From the human T2T-CHM13v2.0 reference genome, Homo sapiens: DNA of 64,000 nt. How positions within the stretch are numbered: the stretch's first letter is position 1; each line of letters begins with the position of its first letter. The translations under genes and the position numbers were made by a program. The notes under the pieces are model-generated. The model was not told the DNA's origin. It saw nothing but the letters and a program-made list of their open reading frames with translations, and did no database searches. The DNA is taken from the NCBI RefSeq assembly GCF_009914755.1, contig NC_060947.1. One strand, 5' to 3'. Shown piece by piece: positions 63,584-64,000 of the stretch.

Positions 63584-64000
63584 TGTGGTGGAGTGAAAAA
63601 TGGCCAACTATTTTGTGCTATTTGTCCTGTCAAAAAACAGGGTCTAATTCCTCTCTCCTTGAATCTAGGCTGGCCTTAGTGACTTACTTGACAAATAGAA
63701 TATGGTAGAACTGACATTTTGGGACTTTTGTGGCTGTGTTATAAGAAGCCTTACAGTTTCCACCTGGTTTTCCTAGAACCAAACTACTCTGCTGTAAAGA
63801 AGCCCCCAAAAGGCATGTGGAAATGCCCACAATGAAAAGCATCAAGACCTCTGGCCAACAGCCCCAGCTGAGCTCCCAGATGGCAGCTACTACTAATTTG
63901 CCAGACTTGTGAATATATCACCTTGAAAGCAGATCCTCCAGTCCCGGTTGGGCTGCCTCAGCTGGCGCAACACGAGCAGTGACAGGCCATCTCTGCCAAG
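63584..64000 (+). mobile_element. MLT1F/G/H-like LTR, runs off the window end
   Basis: ccttgaatctaggctggccttagtgacttacttgacaaatagaatatggtagaa...caacagccccagctgagctcccag. Confidence 0.75.

Overview
Primate, most likely human, non-coding DNA (an AluYa5-lineage element is present). It is intronic or intergenic and dominated by transposable elements. I find no supportable host gene, RNA gene or CRISPR array. Every long ORF in the track is a fragment of L1 ORF1/ORF2/ORF0, Tigger1 transposase or Alu/LTR sequence. The core (about 19.9-41.2 kb) is one old L1MC-type element, inflated by nested insertions: AluJ, L1PB4, a full-length L1PA4-like element, Tigger1 carrying a THE1/MST LTR and an L1PA7-like element, AluY, and an L1PA within an L1PA. 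The most interesting signals are: (1) private variants shared between L1PA copies of different subfamily age, consistent with local gene conversion; (2) a templated, inverted, tandemly duplicated filler at the L1PA7 5' junction that preserves the empty site of the later L1PA4 insertion; (3) several template-switch scars; (4) an extended, open ORF0; (5) a young AluYa5-lineage insertion. I did not find a new gene system. Subfamily names come from recalled consensus sequences and need RepeatMasker/Dfam confirmation. Boundaries of old elements are approximate.
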